From: an uncultured Gemmatimonadaceae bacterium
GTDB taxonomy: Bacteria; Gemmatimonadota; Gemmatimonadetes; Gemmatimonadales; Gemmatimonadaceae
Length of the DNA: 64,000 nucleotides
Assembly (NCBI GenBank): GCA_963740355.1
Contig: CAVUDW010000002.1
Coordinates: 2,176,001-2,240,000 of the forward strand
Direction of reading: 5' to 3'
Of the stretch, positions 29,326-41,452 are shown piece after piece (position 1 is the first letter of the stretch; every line of letters begins with the position of its first letter). The notes beneath the pieces are model-generated. The model made no database searches and was not told where the DNA came from. It saw only the letters and a program-made list of their open reading frames with translations. A program made the translations under genes and the position numbers.

Positions 29326-30576
29326 ATGGCTGTCCGCGTCTTCCTCCAGACGTTCGGCTGTCGCGCGAATCAGTATGACTCGGAGGCCGTCGCGGCGATG
29401 GTGGCAGCCAGCGGTGGAGTGATGGTGGCGACCGCAGCCGAGGCGGATGTCGCCGTGTTCAACAGCTGCGCAGTCACCAGTGAGGCAGAAGCGGATCTTC
29501 GCCAGCAGGTGCGCAGGGCCGCCCGCACGCAGCCGGATCTGCGCTCGATCGTGATGGGTTGCTCAGCGGCGCGATCCGGCGCGCAGATTTCTGCGCTGCC
29601 ATCCGTCACCGATGTCGTGCCAGGCGCCGATCTCGAGGCGATCGGGCACGCGATCGGCCTGCTGCAGCCCGTGACACGCGCCTCCGGTGAGCGACAGCGC
29701 GGTACCCGTGGCCTGCTGCGAATCCAGGACGGTTGCGACGAACACTGCACCTTCTGCGCGACGACGCTCGCCCGCGGGGCGAATCGTTCACGACCCATCG
29801 ATGCCATCGTCGAGGAGGCGCAGCAACTCGCGTCGCATCATCCGGAAATCGTGGTGACGGGTATTCATATCGGCACCTATGGCGCCGATTGTGGCAGCTC
29901 GCTTGGCGCGCTCCTCGAGGCGTTGGTGCTGCGGGTCCCCGAGGTGCGCTTTCGGCTCTCCAGTGTCGAGGCGACTGAGGTCGATGGCCGGCTTGCCGCG
30001 ATGCTCACTGGTGCGCCGCGTCGAGTTGCGCCGTACCTGCACGCGCCGCTGCAGTCCGGGAGTGATGCGGTACTGCGCCGGATGGGACGGCACTGGTACT
30101 CGGCGCGCCAGTATGCCGATGCCGTGTGCGCGCTGGCGGCGGCGGCTCCCGTCTTCGGCCTCGGTGCCGACCTGATTGCCGGATTCCCAGGCGAGACCGA
30201 CGCCGATCATGCCGCCACCTGCGCGTTGGTGGCCGAGTTGCCGTTCACCAGCCTGCATGTGTTTCCGTACTCGCCACGCCCAGGCACCGCTGCCTTGCGT
30301 TTGCCAGACAGCGTGCCGGATCAGGTTCGCCGGCAGCGGGCGGCAGAGCTTCGAGCGCTGGGTGAGTCGAAAGCGGCCGCTGCGAGAGACGCGCGGCACG
30401 GTCGAGAGGCCGACGTCATCGTCATCGGGCATGAGAATGGGCACCGGGACGGGCTCACGGAGGATTACCTTCCAGTAGACCTGACCGCGCCCGCTCCACC
30501 GCGTGCCACGCGGTTCCGTGCATCGCTCGCAGCTTCCGCGACGCGGCACGGTCTTGTCGCCACGCCGATTGCCTGA
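29326..30576 (+). CDS. mtaB: tRNA methylthiotransferase MtaB (ms2t6A37)
   Basis: TFGCRANQYDS, NSCAVT, IQDGCDEHCTFC radical-SAM motif, HVFPYSPRPGT. Confidence 0.85.
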   Translation: MAVRVFLQTFGCRANQYDSEAVAAMVAASGGVMVATAAEADVAVFNSCAVTSEAEADLRQQVRRAARTQPDLRSIVMGCSAARSGAQISALPSVTDVVPGADLEAIGHAIGLLQPVTRASGERQRGTRGLLRIQDGCDEHCTFCATTLARGANRSRPIDAIVEEAQQLASHHPEIVVTGIHIGTYGADCGSSLGALLEALVLRVPEVRFRLSSVEATEVDGRLAAMLTGAPRRVAPYLHAPLQSGSDAVLRRMGRHWYSARQYADAVCALAAAAPVFGLGADLIAGFPGETDADHAATCALVAELPFTSLHVFPYSPRPGTAALRLPDSVPDQVRRQRAAELRALGESKAAAARDARHGREADVIVIGHENGHRDGLTEDYLPVDLTAPAPPRATRFRASLAASATRHGLVATPIA

Positions 30577-30580
30577 TCGC

Positions 30581-31921
30581 ATGTCCATGACGCCGCGCCC
30601 CACAGTTTTCATCGAAACGTACGGCTGCCAGATGAACGTCAGCGACACCGAGCTCATGCTCGGGAAGCTCACGGCGGCCGGCTACGATTCCGTCGATGTG
30701 CCAGATGGAGCGGATGTCATCCTGCTCAACACCTGCGCAATTCGCGATCACGCCGAGCAGCGGGTGATCGGGCGACTGGGCGAGTTGAAGCGGCACATGA
30801 AGCCGGACAGTATCGTCGGGGTCACCGGCTGCATGGCGCAACGGCTCGGTCCTCGTCTGCTCGACCAGGCGAAGCATGTGTCCCTCGTGATCGGGCCGGA
30901 CGGCTATCGCTCCCTGCCATCGCTGGTCGATGGGGCCCGGCAAGGCAAGCGCGTTGCCGCCACCGCATTCGACCTCGAGGAGCACTACGAGGATTTCACG
31001 CCGCGCCGCTTCGACAAGGTGAAGGCCTGGATCCCGGTCCAGCGTGGCTGCGACTACAAGTGCACCTATTGCATCGTGCCAACCACGCGTGGCAGTGAGC
31101 GCAGTCGCCAGCTCGCCGACGTCGTACGCGAGACCGAGCAGGTGGTGGCCGAAGGCATGACGGAAGTCGTGCTGCTCGGGCAGACGGTCAACAGCTATTT
31201 CGATGGCACACATGACTTCGCGGACCTGCTCCGCGCCGTCGGCAGCGTGCCGGGGATCCGGCGCCTGCGCTACACGAGTCCCCATCCGAATGATTTCAGT
31301 GATCGGGTGATCGCGGCGATGGCCGAAACGCCAACCGTTTGCGAACACGTTCACCTGCCCATGCAGAGCGGCTCGACGAAGACGCTCAGGCGCATGCTGC
31401 GTCGCTACACGCGCGAAGGCTTCATGGAATGTGTTGCTCGCTTGCGTGCGGCGATCCCGACGATCGTGCTGACCACCGACATCATCGTCGGTTTCCCCGG
31501 CGAGACAGACGAGGATTTCGAGGAAACGCTCAGCGCCTGTCGCGAAATCGGCTTCATGGATGCGTTCACCTTCAAGTTCTCCGCCCGCGAGGGCACACCT
31601 GCGACCCGAATGCCGGAGAGCGAGACGGTGCCGGATGCGGTCGCGGGCGAGCGGTTGCAGCGATTGGTGGATACGGTGCGCTCCATGAGCCGGGACGTGA
31701 ACCTCGGCCTGCTCGGGACGAAGCACGAGATCCTGATCGAGAAGGAAGCGCGTCGAGGAGACTTGCTGCAGGGCCGGACGCGTGACTTCCGAACGATTCT
31801 CGTCCCAGGTGATCCGGCGTTGATCGGCTCGTACATGTTCGTCGAGATCACTGGCACCACCGGTCACACCTTCACTGGTGCGCCAGTGGCGATGCGGTCC
31901 GCCTTGCCGATGGCGGGCTGA
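30581..31921 (+). CDS. miaB: tRNA-2-methylthio-N6-isopentenyladenosine synthase
   Basis: TYGCQMNVSD, NTCAIR, GCDYKCTYCIVP, YTSPHP, C-terminal TRAM. Confidence 0.95.
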   Translation: MSMTPRPTVFIETYGCQMNVSDTELMLGKLTAAGYDSVDVPDGADVILLNTCAIRDHAEQRVIGRLGELKRHMKPDSIVGVTGCMAQRLGPRLLDQAKHVSLVIGPDGYRSLPSLVDGARQGKRVAATAFDLEEHYEDFTPRRFDKVKAWIPVQRGCDYKCTYCIVPTTRGSERSRQLADVVRETEQVVAEGMTEVVLLGQTVNSYFDGTHDFADLLRAVGSVPGIRRLRYTSPHPNDFSDRVIAAMAETPTVCEHVHLPMQSGSTKTLRRMLRRYTREGFMECVARLRAAIPTIVLTTDIIVGFPGETDEDFEETLSACREIGFMDAFTFKFSAREGTPATRMPESETVPDAVAGERLQRLVDTVRSMSRDVNLGLLGTKHEILIEKEARRGDLLQGRTRDFRTILVPGDPALIGSYMFVEITGTTGHTFTGAPVAMRSALPMAG

Positions 31922-32005
31922 CGGCCACCCTGCCATCGTGTGAAAACGATGTGACAGGCGCGTTTTCGGTGTGCATTACCACACGCGCCGTGCGAGTGTG
32001 GCGGC

Positions 32006-34288
32006 ATGCCGACCGCATCCTGGATCCTCCTTGCAATCATCGTTGGCTCAGCCAGCGGCGCGGCGGGTTCGTCACTGGCCGCGGCGCTCGCCACGTTGGC
32101 AACTGCCGGTATCTGTTTCCGATTGCGCGGTCACGGTGCGCTGGCGGCCGGCGCTGCCGCACTGTTCGCGATCGGTGCGGCGGCTCGTGCAACCGCCGCT
32201 CGCTGGCACGAGAGCTTCTGCCGTGCGGAAATCGTTCGCGCAGGCGACGTCGAGCTGGTCACGGAGTTCGACGTCGGCTCAGGTGACGGTGCGCCAGCGC
32301 TCTTGCGATTGCCACGAACGGCGCTGGCTCGCCGGGAACAGTGCGAGGCCACCGGATATGTGCGTGCGCGAACACCATTGACCGGCGGTCGCTGGTATCG
32401 CACCCGCACGCAGGCGAAACCGGGGGAACGGGGACCACAACTGCTCGTACGCCAAGCCTCTCCACTCGGCGAATCGTCGCTGCGTCCTGCGCTCCGCGCG
32501 GCAGGTGTGCGACGTGTGGACTCGGTGTTTCTCGCAGACGCGCCGATGGCCCGCGCATTGCTCCTGGCTGACATGCATCAAATCGACACGGCGCTCAGAC
32601 AACGGTGGGCCAGAGCCGGACTCGTACACCTGCTCTCCGTGTCGGGCGTGCACGTCGCGATCATCGCCTCCGCACTCCTGCTCGTCGGTAGCGCAGCCCG
32701 GCTGTCACAGCGGCAGGCAACACTCGGCGCCCTCCTCGTGACGGCGATCTACGTGCTGATACTCGGCCTGCCACCACCTGCCGTTCGCGCGGGCATCATG
32801 TTCGCATGCGCCCTGATTGCGCGGATGCGACAGCGACCGGCGTCCGAATGGTCCGTCCTCACGCTCGGTGCCTTGCTGCCTGTACTCGTTGATCCCGCAG
32901 CACCGCTCGACCTCGGCTGGCAACTGTCTGTACTCGGCGTCGTGGCGCTCGCGGCCAGCGGGAGACTCACTCGGCGGCTGCACTGGCAAGGCGGAGGGTG
33001 GCGCGGCGGGCTCCGACGCGAGTTGGTGGCCAGCACCGTCGCGAGCACCGCCTCGGCACCGCTCATTGCATGGTTCTTCGGCACCGTCAGCCTGATCGCG
33101 CCAGCCGCCAACCTCATCGCGGCACCACTGGTGACCGTCCTGCAGCCGACGCTGTTCCTGGCCCTCGTCTGTTCGCCGGTTCTACCGCTGGCGCGCTTCG
33201 TCGCTGGCGCGGCACATCCCGTGCTCGCACTGCTCGATCGAATCGCCGCCGAAGCTGCGCGCCCCGCGTGGGCGGCGCGCGATCTGTCACCAACGCTCGA
33301 GCAGGGCGTGTTGAGCGGCATCGTCGTGCTGGCATTGCTGGTCGCAATGGTCGTGCGTGATCCCGCGCAAGCGTTGCTCGTGGCTGCGCTCAGCGGAACG
33401 CTGCTGGTGTGGCATGGCCTGCTGCCTTCACGGGGCAGTGGCTACCTGGAGTTGCACATGCTCGATGTCGGTCAGGGCGATGCGCTCGCGCTGCGCACGC
33501 CACACGGTCGCTGGATCGTGATCGATGCTGGCGGCGGTGCGCCAGGGATCGATCACGGCCGACGCACCGTGCTGCCACACATCCGTCGGCTCGGTGGCAC
33601 AGTCGAGGCGTTCATTCTTTCACATCCACATCTCGACCACGTCGGTGGCGCCCCCGCCGTCATCGGCGCGGTACGTCCCACTCAGTATTTTGACGGTGCA
33701 TTCGCCGGCGCTACGCAGGCGTACCGTGCGTCGCTCGACAGTGCCGCCGTTCGCGCCGTGCGCTGGCAACGCGTGCGACCAGGTGATACAACACGAATCG
33801 ATGGCGTGCTGCTGCGGTTTCTGGCGCCCGACTCCACCTGGACCGCGCATCTCGATGACGCCAATCTCGCCAGCACCGTCGTGCGAATCGAATACGGCGC
33901 CGTTCGCATGCTGTTCGTAGGTGACGCCGAGCGTCCGGAAGAGGACTGGCTGCTCCAGCATACGCCCGTTGACCGGTTACGGGCCGATGTACTGAAAGTG
34001 GGCCATCATGGCAGCCGCACGAGCTCCGGGGGCGCGTTTCTCGACGCCGTGGCGCCGCGACTCGCACTCATATCAGTCGGACGGGGTAACAGTTACGGGC
34101 ATCCGTCGCCGGAAGTCCTCGATGAGTTCTCGCGACGTCGGATTCCGGTCTTGCGGACCGATGTGGTGGGTACGACTGTCGTGGTTACCGACGGTGTCAC
34201 GCTTTCCGTCCGCACCGCCGCTCGCCAATGGAGTCTGCCGTCGCCACCGTCCGCACCTGGTTCACCACCCGCATCGTCGCGCCCCTGA
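32006..34288 (+). CDS. comEC: DNA internalization competence protein ComEC/Rec2
   Basis: [10 protein letters not shown] competence domain; [29 protein letters not shown] metallo-beta-lactamase domain. Confidence 0.93.
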   Translation: MPTASWILLAIIVGSASGAAGSSLAAALATLATAGICFRLRGHGALAAGAAALFAIGAAARATAARWHESFCRAEIVRAGDVELVTEFDVGSGDGAPALLRLPRTALARREQCEATGYVRARTPLTGGRWYRTRTQAKPGERGPQLLVRQASPLGESSLRPALRAAGVRRVDSVFLADAPMARALLLADMHQIDTALRQRWARAGLVHLLSVSGVHVAIIASALLLVGSAARLSQRQATLGALLVTAIYVLILGLPPPAVRAGIMFACALIARMRQRPASEWSVLTLGALLPVLVDPAAPLDLGWQLSVLGVVALAASGRLTRRLHWQGGGWRGGLRRELVASTVASTASAPLIAWFFGTVSLIAPAANLIAAPLVTVLQPTLFLALVCSPVLPLARFVAGAAHPVLALLDRIAAEAARPAWAARDLSPTLEQGVLSGIVVLALLVAMVVRDPAQALLVAALSGTLLVWHGLLPSRGSGYLELHMLDVGQGDALALRTPHGRWIVIDAGGGAPGIDHGRRTVLPHIRRLGGTVEAFILSHPHLDHVGGAPAVIGAVRPTQYFDGAFAGATQAYRASLDSAAVRAVRWQRVRPGDTTRIDGVLLRFLAPDSTWTAHLDDANLASTVVRIEYGAVRMLFVGDAERPEEDWLLQHTPVDRLRADVLKVGHHGSRTSSGGAFLDAVAPRLALISVGRGNSYGHPSPEVLDEFSRRRIPVLRTDVVGTTVVVTDGVTLSVRTAARQWSLPSPPSAPGSPPASSRP

Positions 34289-34668
34289 TCGGGTCACCCG
34301 CGACGCTGCCGGAGACGCTCGCGACGCAATGGCCAGAATTGGCCTCCGTCCGGTGGCGTCGCGGCGGCCTGCCGCTGCGCATCGGTGGATGGTGTCTGCG
34401 CCGGTCGACGGTCGACGGCATTACCCTCTGGCGCACGGTTTTCCTCGCGCACGGTGTGGCGTGGGAGCCAGCACTGCTCTTGCACGAGCATCGACACGTG
34501 GAGCAGTTTGCTGGGTCAATGGCGTTCCCCTTTTTGTACCTGTGGGAATCGCTCACGCGCGGGTATACGCGCAACCGCTTCGAGGCGGATGCCAATGCCT
34601 GGGCTGCGCAGCGATTCGCACGGCCGCAATGCCGCACCAATCCAACCACCATTCCTCCGGGCGCGTGA
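34228..34668 (+). CDS. small zincin-like protein (DUF4157-like)
   Basis: [21 protein letters not shown] (HExxH), [11 protein letters not shown] (third ligand E). Confidence 0.7.
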   Translation: MESAVATVRTWFTTRIVAPLIGSPATLPETLATQWPELASVRWRRGGLPLRIGGWCLRRSTVDGITLWRTVFLAHGVAWEPALLLHEHRHVEQFAGSMAFPFLYLWESLTRGYTRNRFEADANAWAAQRFARPQCRTNPTTIPPGA

Positions 34669-34670
34669 AC

Positions 34671-35689
34671 GTGGTCAACCACACCCCCGTTTCTGTCGTT
34701 ACCATCGAACGGTTCATCATCGAGCAGGAACGCCTCTACCCTGAGGCAAGCGGTGAACTCTCGGGCATCCTCTATGACATCGCGCTGGCAGCGAAGATGA
34801 TCTCGAACAAGGTCCGCATGGCGGGCCTCGTCGACATCCTCGGCGCCACGGACAACGAGAATGTCCAAGGTGAGACACAGCAGAAGCTCGACGTGCTCTC
34901 GAATGACATCATGATCAAGGCGATGGATCATGGCGGCCGGCTGTGTGCGATGGCCTCCGAGGAGGAGCCTGACATCATCCCCATCCCGGATCGATTCCGG
35001 ACCGGGAAGTACTGCCTGATGTTCGACCCACTCGATGGGTCGTCGAACATCGACGTCAACGTGCCCGTCGGGACGATTTTCTCCGTGGTGCGCAAGATCA
35101 CCAACGGTCGCCAGGGTGAACTGGAAGACTTCCTGCAACCCGGGCGCCGGCAGGTGGCGGCAGGCTACATCATCTATGGATCGAGCACGATGATGGTGTA
35201 CAGCACGGGGCAGGGCGTGCACGGCTTCACGCTCGACCCGTCGATCGGTGAGTTCCTGCTCTCGCATCCGAACATCCGGACGCCGCATCGCGGCAAGTTC
35301 CTCTCCGTCAACGATTCCTACGAACAGTTCTGGGACGAGCAGGTGAAGGCGCTCATGCGCCGCTATCGCGGGCTCGATGGCGTGCAGCAGGCACACAGCG
35401 TGCGCTACGTCGGCTCGCTGGTCGCAGACTTCCATCGCAACCTGCTGGCAGGCGGTGTGTTCGTGTATCCCGCCAACACCATGTCACCGCGTGGCAAGCT
35501 GCGGTTGCTGTACGAGGCCAATCCGCTCGCCTTCATCTGTGAACAGGCTGGCGGCGCGGGCTCTGACGGGCGCATTCGCATCCTTGACGTCCAGCCCACC
35601 GAGTTGCATCAGCGCACGCCGCTGTATCTCGGCAGCAAGGGTGATGTCGATACCGCGATCGAGATGCTGGCCCCCGTGGGAGCCACGTT

Positions 35690-35693
<4 letters not shown>
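34671..35693 (+). CDS. fbp: fructose-1,6-bisphosphatase class 1
   Basis: [43 protein letters not shown]. Confidence 0.97.
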
Positions 35694-37300
<1,607 letters not shown>

Positions 37301-37373
37301 AGGGGGGCCGGCGGAAGCGCAGGCGTCGGTCCGGGTCGTGAGCGATTCCGCGGCTGAACCCCCTTTTTCGCCG

Positions 37374-37402
37374 TTGAATGCCCGGTCCGGCCCGGCTAAC
37401 TT
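37374..37402 (+). promoter_or_regulatory. candidate sigma70 promoter for the fmdB-like/argS run
   Basis: TTGAAT-17 bp-TAACTT; preceded by an imperfect hairpin plus T-run (about 37300-37368) after the mutase gene. Confidence 0.6.
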
Positions 37403-37435
37403 ATAAGGCTGTTGTCTCTTCCAAGTGTCGGAGCC

Positions 37436-37804
37436 ATGCCCACTTACGAGTTCCGTCTCCCAGACGGCACGATCATCGAGCGGTCTTTCAAGATCTCCGA
37501 TGTCCCTGATGAAATCCCCAATCCCAACGGTGAGGGGACAGCCGTCCGCATCATCAGCGGCGGCGCAGGCCTGCTCTTCAAGGGATCCGGGTTCTACCTG
37601 ACCGACTACGGCCGGAATGCGCACCGCACGCAGGGTGACGCGCCGAAGCCTTCCACCAGCGCCGCCAGCACGTCCGACTCCGCCGGCAAAGGCAAGTCGG
37701 AGTCGTCGGGGGCCGCGTCATCGTCGTCTTCATCGGAGGCGAAGCCCGCAGCTGCTCCGAAGTCTGACACCAAGTCGTCGGGCAGCGGATCGGCCGACTC
37801 GTGA
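37436..37804 (+). CDS. FmdB-family zinc-ribbon-like protein lacking cysteines
   Basis: MPTYEF start, RIISGGAGLLFKGSGFYLTDY signature, Ser/Lys-rich tail; GGAG RBS. Confidence 0.85.
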   Translation: MPTYEFRLPDGTIIERSFKISDVPDEIPNPNGEGTAVRIISGGAGLLFKGSGFYLTDYGRNAHRTQGDAPKPSTSAASTSDSAGKGKSESSGAASSSSSSEAKPAAAPKSDTKSSGSGSADS

Positions 37805-39453
37805 GCTCGCCCGACACACTGCGGGTCGAGATCAGCCGGGCTGCCGTGAGCCTCGGTGCGCCGGCCGACTTCACCGCCGTTGTCGAGCGTCCGCGCGATC
37901 CCAGTTTCGGCGAGTGGTCGACGAATGCGGCGATGACGCTGGCCAAGGTCCTCAAGCAATCGCCGCGCGATGTCGCTGCCGCACTCATCGCTGCGATGCA
38001 GCTCGATGCGGTGGGGATCAGTGCGGCCGAGATTGCGGGCCCGGGCTTCATCAATTTCCGGATCGATACTGGCGCACTGACGCGTGTGCTCCCCGAGATC
38101 CTGGACAAGGCCTATGCGTATGGCCGCAGCAATACCGGCGCCAACGCCCCGGTGGTCGTCGAATTCGTTTCCGCCAATCCGACCGGGCCGCTGCACGTCG
38201 GCCACGGCCGGCAGGCTGCACTCGGTGATGCGATCAGCACGCTGCTCGAGTGGACGGGCTGGAATGTCAGCCGCGAGTTCTACTACAACGACGGCGGCGG
38301 GCAGATCAACAACCTGCAGAAGAGCGTTCAGCTTCGCGCGCAGGAGCAGGCGGGCATCGAGATCACGTTTCCCGAGAATGGCTATCACGGTGAGTACATC
38401 CGTGAAATTGCAGCTGACTATCGCACGCTGCATCTCTCCGATGCGGGTGTCACCGACACCGACGCGATTCGTCGCTTCGCGGTGGCCGCGTTGCGCGCCG
38501 AGCAGGATCTCGACCTGAAGGCCTTTGGCGTCGAGTTCGACACCTACTTCCTCGAGAGCTCGCTCTACACCGACGGCAAGGTCGACAAGACTGTGACGGC
38601 GTTGATCGCGAGCGGCTACACCTACGAGAAGGACGGCGCACTCTGGCTGCGGACGACCGACTTCGGTGACGATCAGGACCGCGTCATGAAGCGCTCCGCA
38701 GAGAAGGGCGGGGAGTACACCTATTTCGTGCCGGACGTGGCGTACCACGTCACGAAGTGGGAGCGGGGATTCACGCGCGCCATCAACGTGCAGGGCTCCG
38801 ACCATCACTCCACCGTCACTCGCGTGCGCGCCGGACTCCAGGCGCTCGGCATCGGGATCCCGAAGGGATATCCCGACTACGTGCTGCACCAGATGGTGCT
38901 GGTGATGCGCGGTGGTGAGGAAGTGAAGATCTCGAAGCGGGCGGGGAGCTACGTCACCGTGCGCGACCTGATCGAGGAAGTCGGTCGCGATGCGGTGCGG
39001 TATTTCTTCGTGATGCGAAAGGGCGACTCACAGCTCGTGTTCGATGTCGACCTCGCCCGGTCGCAGTCGGAGGAAAACCCGATCTACTACATCCAGATGG
39101 CGCACGCGCGACTCTGCGGCATCTTCCGCGTCGGTGAGATCGATCGTGCTGGGATCACCGGCGCCGACGTCGATCTCTCCGTGCTGGTGGAGCCGGAAGA
39201 GCGCGAGCTCATCAAGGCGCTGGCTGATTTCCCGTCGATGGTGGCCGGTGCGGCCGCCGCGCTCGAGCCGCACCGCCTCGCGAACTGGCTGGAGCGGACG
39301 GCAGGGCTCGTGCACACCTGGTACCACAAGCATCATGTGCTCAACGAGCCGCCGGCGATCATGCAGGCCCGTCTCGTGCTCGCAAACGCCACGCGGGTCG
39401 TGCTTGCCAATGCACTGGCAGTGCTCGGCCTCTCGGCGCCAGAACGCATGTAG
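37801..39453 (+). CDS. argS: arginine--tRNA ligase
   Basis: EFVSANPTGPLHVGH (HIGH), KISKRAG, YYIQMAHAR, C-terminal APERM. Confidence 0.97.
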   Translation: MSSPDTLRVEISRAAVSLGAPADFTAVVERPRDPSFGEWSTNAAMTLAKVLKQSPRDVAAALIAAMQLDAVGISAAEIAGPGFINFRIDTGALTRVLPEILDKAYAYGRSNTGANAPVVVEFVSANPTGPLHVGHGRQAALGDAISTLLEWTGWNVSREFYYNDGGGQINNLQKSVQLRAQEQAGIEITFPENGYHGEYIREIAADYRTLHLSDAGVTDTDAIRRFAVAALRAEQDLDLKAFGVEFDTYFLESSLYTDGKVDKTVTALIASGYTYEKDGALWLRTTDFGDDQDRVMKRSAEKGGEYTYFVPDVAYHVTKWERGFTRAINVQGSDHHSTVTRVRAGLQALGIGIPKGYPDYVLHQMVLVMRGGEEVKISKRAGSYVTVRDLIEEVGRDAVRYFFVMRKGDSQLVFDVDLARSQSEENPIYYIQMAHARLCGIFRVGEIDRAGITGADVDLSVLVEPEERELIKALADFPSMVAGAAAALEPHRLANWLERTAGLVHTWYHKHHVLNEPPAIMQARLVLANATRVVLANALAVLGLSAPERM

Positions 39454-39495
39454 TGCTCCGGCACACCCCCTCCATTTCCCGATACTCCCTCCGCA

Positions 39496-40413
39496 ATGTC
39501 CGTCCTCGTCGTCGGTTCCGTCGCGCTCGATTCCGTGGAGACTCCCTTCGGCAAGGCTGAAGAGGTCCTCGGTGGCTCGGCGAACATGTTCGCGTCGGCC
39601 GCCTGTCACTTTGCGCCGGTGCGCATGGTTGGCGTCATCGGCACCGACTACCCCATGGAGAAGCTCGAGCCGCTGAAGGCGAAGGGCGTCGACATGAGCG
39701 GCGTGGAAGTCGCCGAGGGCGAGAGTTTCCGCTGGCGCGCGCGGTATCGGCACGATCTCAATTCCGCCGAGACACTCGAGACGCGACTGGGCGTGTTTTC
39801 GCATTTTCGCCCGAAGATCCCCGCTGATTTCGTCGAGTCGCCGTTCGTCTTCCTCGGCAACATCGATCCGCGTCTGCAGCTCGATGTGCTCAACCAGGTG
39901 AAGCGTCCGCGGTTGGTCGGCTGCGACACGATGAACTTCTGGATCGAGAGCCGCCGTCCCGACCTCATCGAACTGCTGAAGCATGTCGACCTGATCACGA
40001 TCAACGACGCCGAGGCGCGCCAGCTCACCGAGGAGGCGAACCTCGTCAAGGCGGCGCGCTGGATCATGGCGCGCGGCCCGAAGCATGTCGTGATCAAGAA
40101 AGGTGAACACGGCGCGTTCTTGTTCTCCGGCACCACCGTGTTCTTCGCGCCCGCCTATCCGCTGGAGTCAGTCTTCGATCCGACCGGCGCAGGCGATTCG
40201 TTTGCTGGCGGCTTCATGGGCTGGCTCGCGGCCACCGGTGACCTCAGCGAAGCCAACATGCGAAAGGCCGTCGTCTATGGCTCTGCAATGGGTTCGTTCG
40301 CCGTCGAAAAGTTCTCGAACGAGCGCACGATCGAGTTGACGCGTCCGGAGATCGAGGCACGCGTCCGCGAGTTCCACCGTCTGGTCGCGTTCGAGGCGCC
40401 GATGTCCACGTGA
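39496..40413 (+). CDS. PfkB/ribokinase-family carbohydrate or nucleoside kinase
   Basis: LGGSA, INDAEA, DPTGAGDSFAGG PfkB signature. Confidence 0.92.
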   Translation: MSVLVVGSVALDSVETPFGKAEEVLGGSANMFASAACHFAPVRMVGVIGTDYPMEKLEPLKAKGVDMSGVEVAEGESFRWRARYRHDLNSAETLETRLGVFSHFRPKIPADFVESPFVFLGNIDPRLQLDVLNQVKRPRLVGCDTMNFWIESRRPDLIELLKHVDLITINDAEARQLTEEANLVKAARWIMARGPKHVVIKKGEHGAFLFSGTTVFFAPAYPLESVFDPTGAGDSFAGGFMGWLAATGDLSEANMRKAVVYGSAMGSFAVEKFSNERTIELTRPEIEARVREFHRLVAFEAPMST

Positions 40414-41450
40414 GCACGCCACTCGACTATCGCAGCGCGGGCGTCGACCTCGAAAAGGCGGACGACGCAAAGGGTCGCATCAAGGCGCTCGTGGAATCGA
40501 CGCTGACCGCAGGCGCACGCGGCAGCTTCGGTGGTTTTGGCGGCATGTTCCGCATTCCTTCCGGCTTTCGCGCCCCGGTCTTGGTCTCCAGCGCGGATGG
40601 CGTCGGCACCAAGCTGAAGGTCGCGATCGAGGCCGAGGTGCACGACACCGTCGGTCGGGACCTCGTGAACCACTGCGTCAATGACATCCTCGTGATGGGT
40701 GCGGTGCCGCTTTACTTCCTCGATTACGTCGCATTCGGCAAGCTCGATCCGATCGTCGCCGAGGGAATCGTGGCCGGCGTTGCGCACGGCTGCCGCGAAA
40801 ACGCCTGCGCACTGCTTGGCGGTGAGACCGCTGAGATGCCCGGTGTCTACACCCCACCTGACTACGATCTGGCCGGCTTCATCACCGGGATCATGGAAGA
40901 GGATGCGGTGCTCGGGGCTGGTCGTGTGAAGGATGGCGACACCCTGGTCGCGCTGGCCAGCGCCGGCCTCCACACCAACGGCTATTCGCTGGCGCGGAAG
41001 ATCGTGGCCGAAGCGATGGGGCTGGGTGTCCATGATCCCTTCCCGGGTGAAAATGGCCAGACCGTGGCGCAGGTGCTGCTCCGCCCGCACGTGACGTACC
41101 TGCCCGCCCTCCGACCAGTGCTCCAGATCGTGCACGGCATGGCCCACATCACCGGCGGCGGCTTGCCGGGCAATGTGAACCGCATGTTGCCCCCCGACCT
41201 CGACGCGGTGATCGACCCCCAGTCGTGGGCGGTGCCGAACGTGTACGTCCAGCTGCAGGCGGCGGCGCAGGTGGGCGTCCGGGAAATGTTTCGTACCTTC
41301 AACATGGGCGTCGGTATGGTGATCGCCTGCGCCCCTCAGGACGTTGCCACGGTGCAGGCAGCCGCGGCGGCGTCCGACACTCCGTCGTGGATCCTTGGTG
41401 CCATCCGTCCCGGTACGGGGTCGGTGCAACTCCTTACACACGACTCGTGA
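40410..41450 (+). CDS. purM: phosphoribosylformylglycinamidine cyclo-ligase
   Basis: YRSAGVD, DGVGTK, GGETAEMPG, HTNGYSL, AHITGGG, TFNMGVG. Confidence 0.97.
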   Translation: MSTPLDYRSAGVDLEKADDAKGRIKALVESTLTAGARGSFGGFGGMFRIPSGFRAPVLVSSADGVGTKLKVAIEAEVHDTVGRDLVNHCVNDILVMGAVPLYFLDYVAFGKLDPIVAEGIVAGVAHGCRENACALLGGETAEMPGVYTPPDYDLAGFITGIMEEDAVLGAGRVKDGDTLVALASAGLHTNGYSLARKIVAEAMGLGVHDPFPGENGQTVAQVLLRPHVTYLPALRPVLQIVHGMAHITGGGLPGNVNRMLPPDLDAVIDPQSWAVPNVYVQLQAAAQVGVREMFRTFNMGVGMVIACAPQDVATVQAAAAASDTPSWILGAIRPGTGSVQLLTHDS

Positions 41451-41452
41451 TC

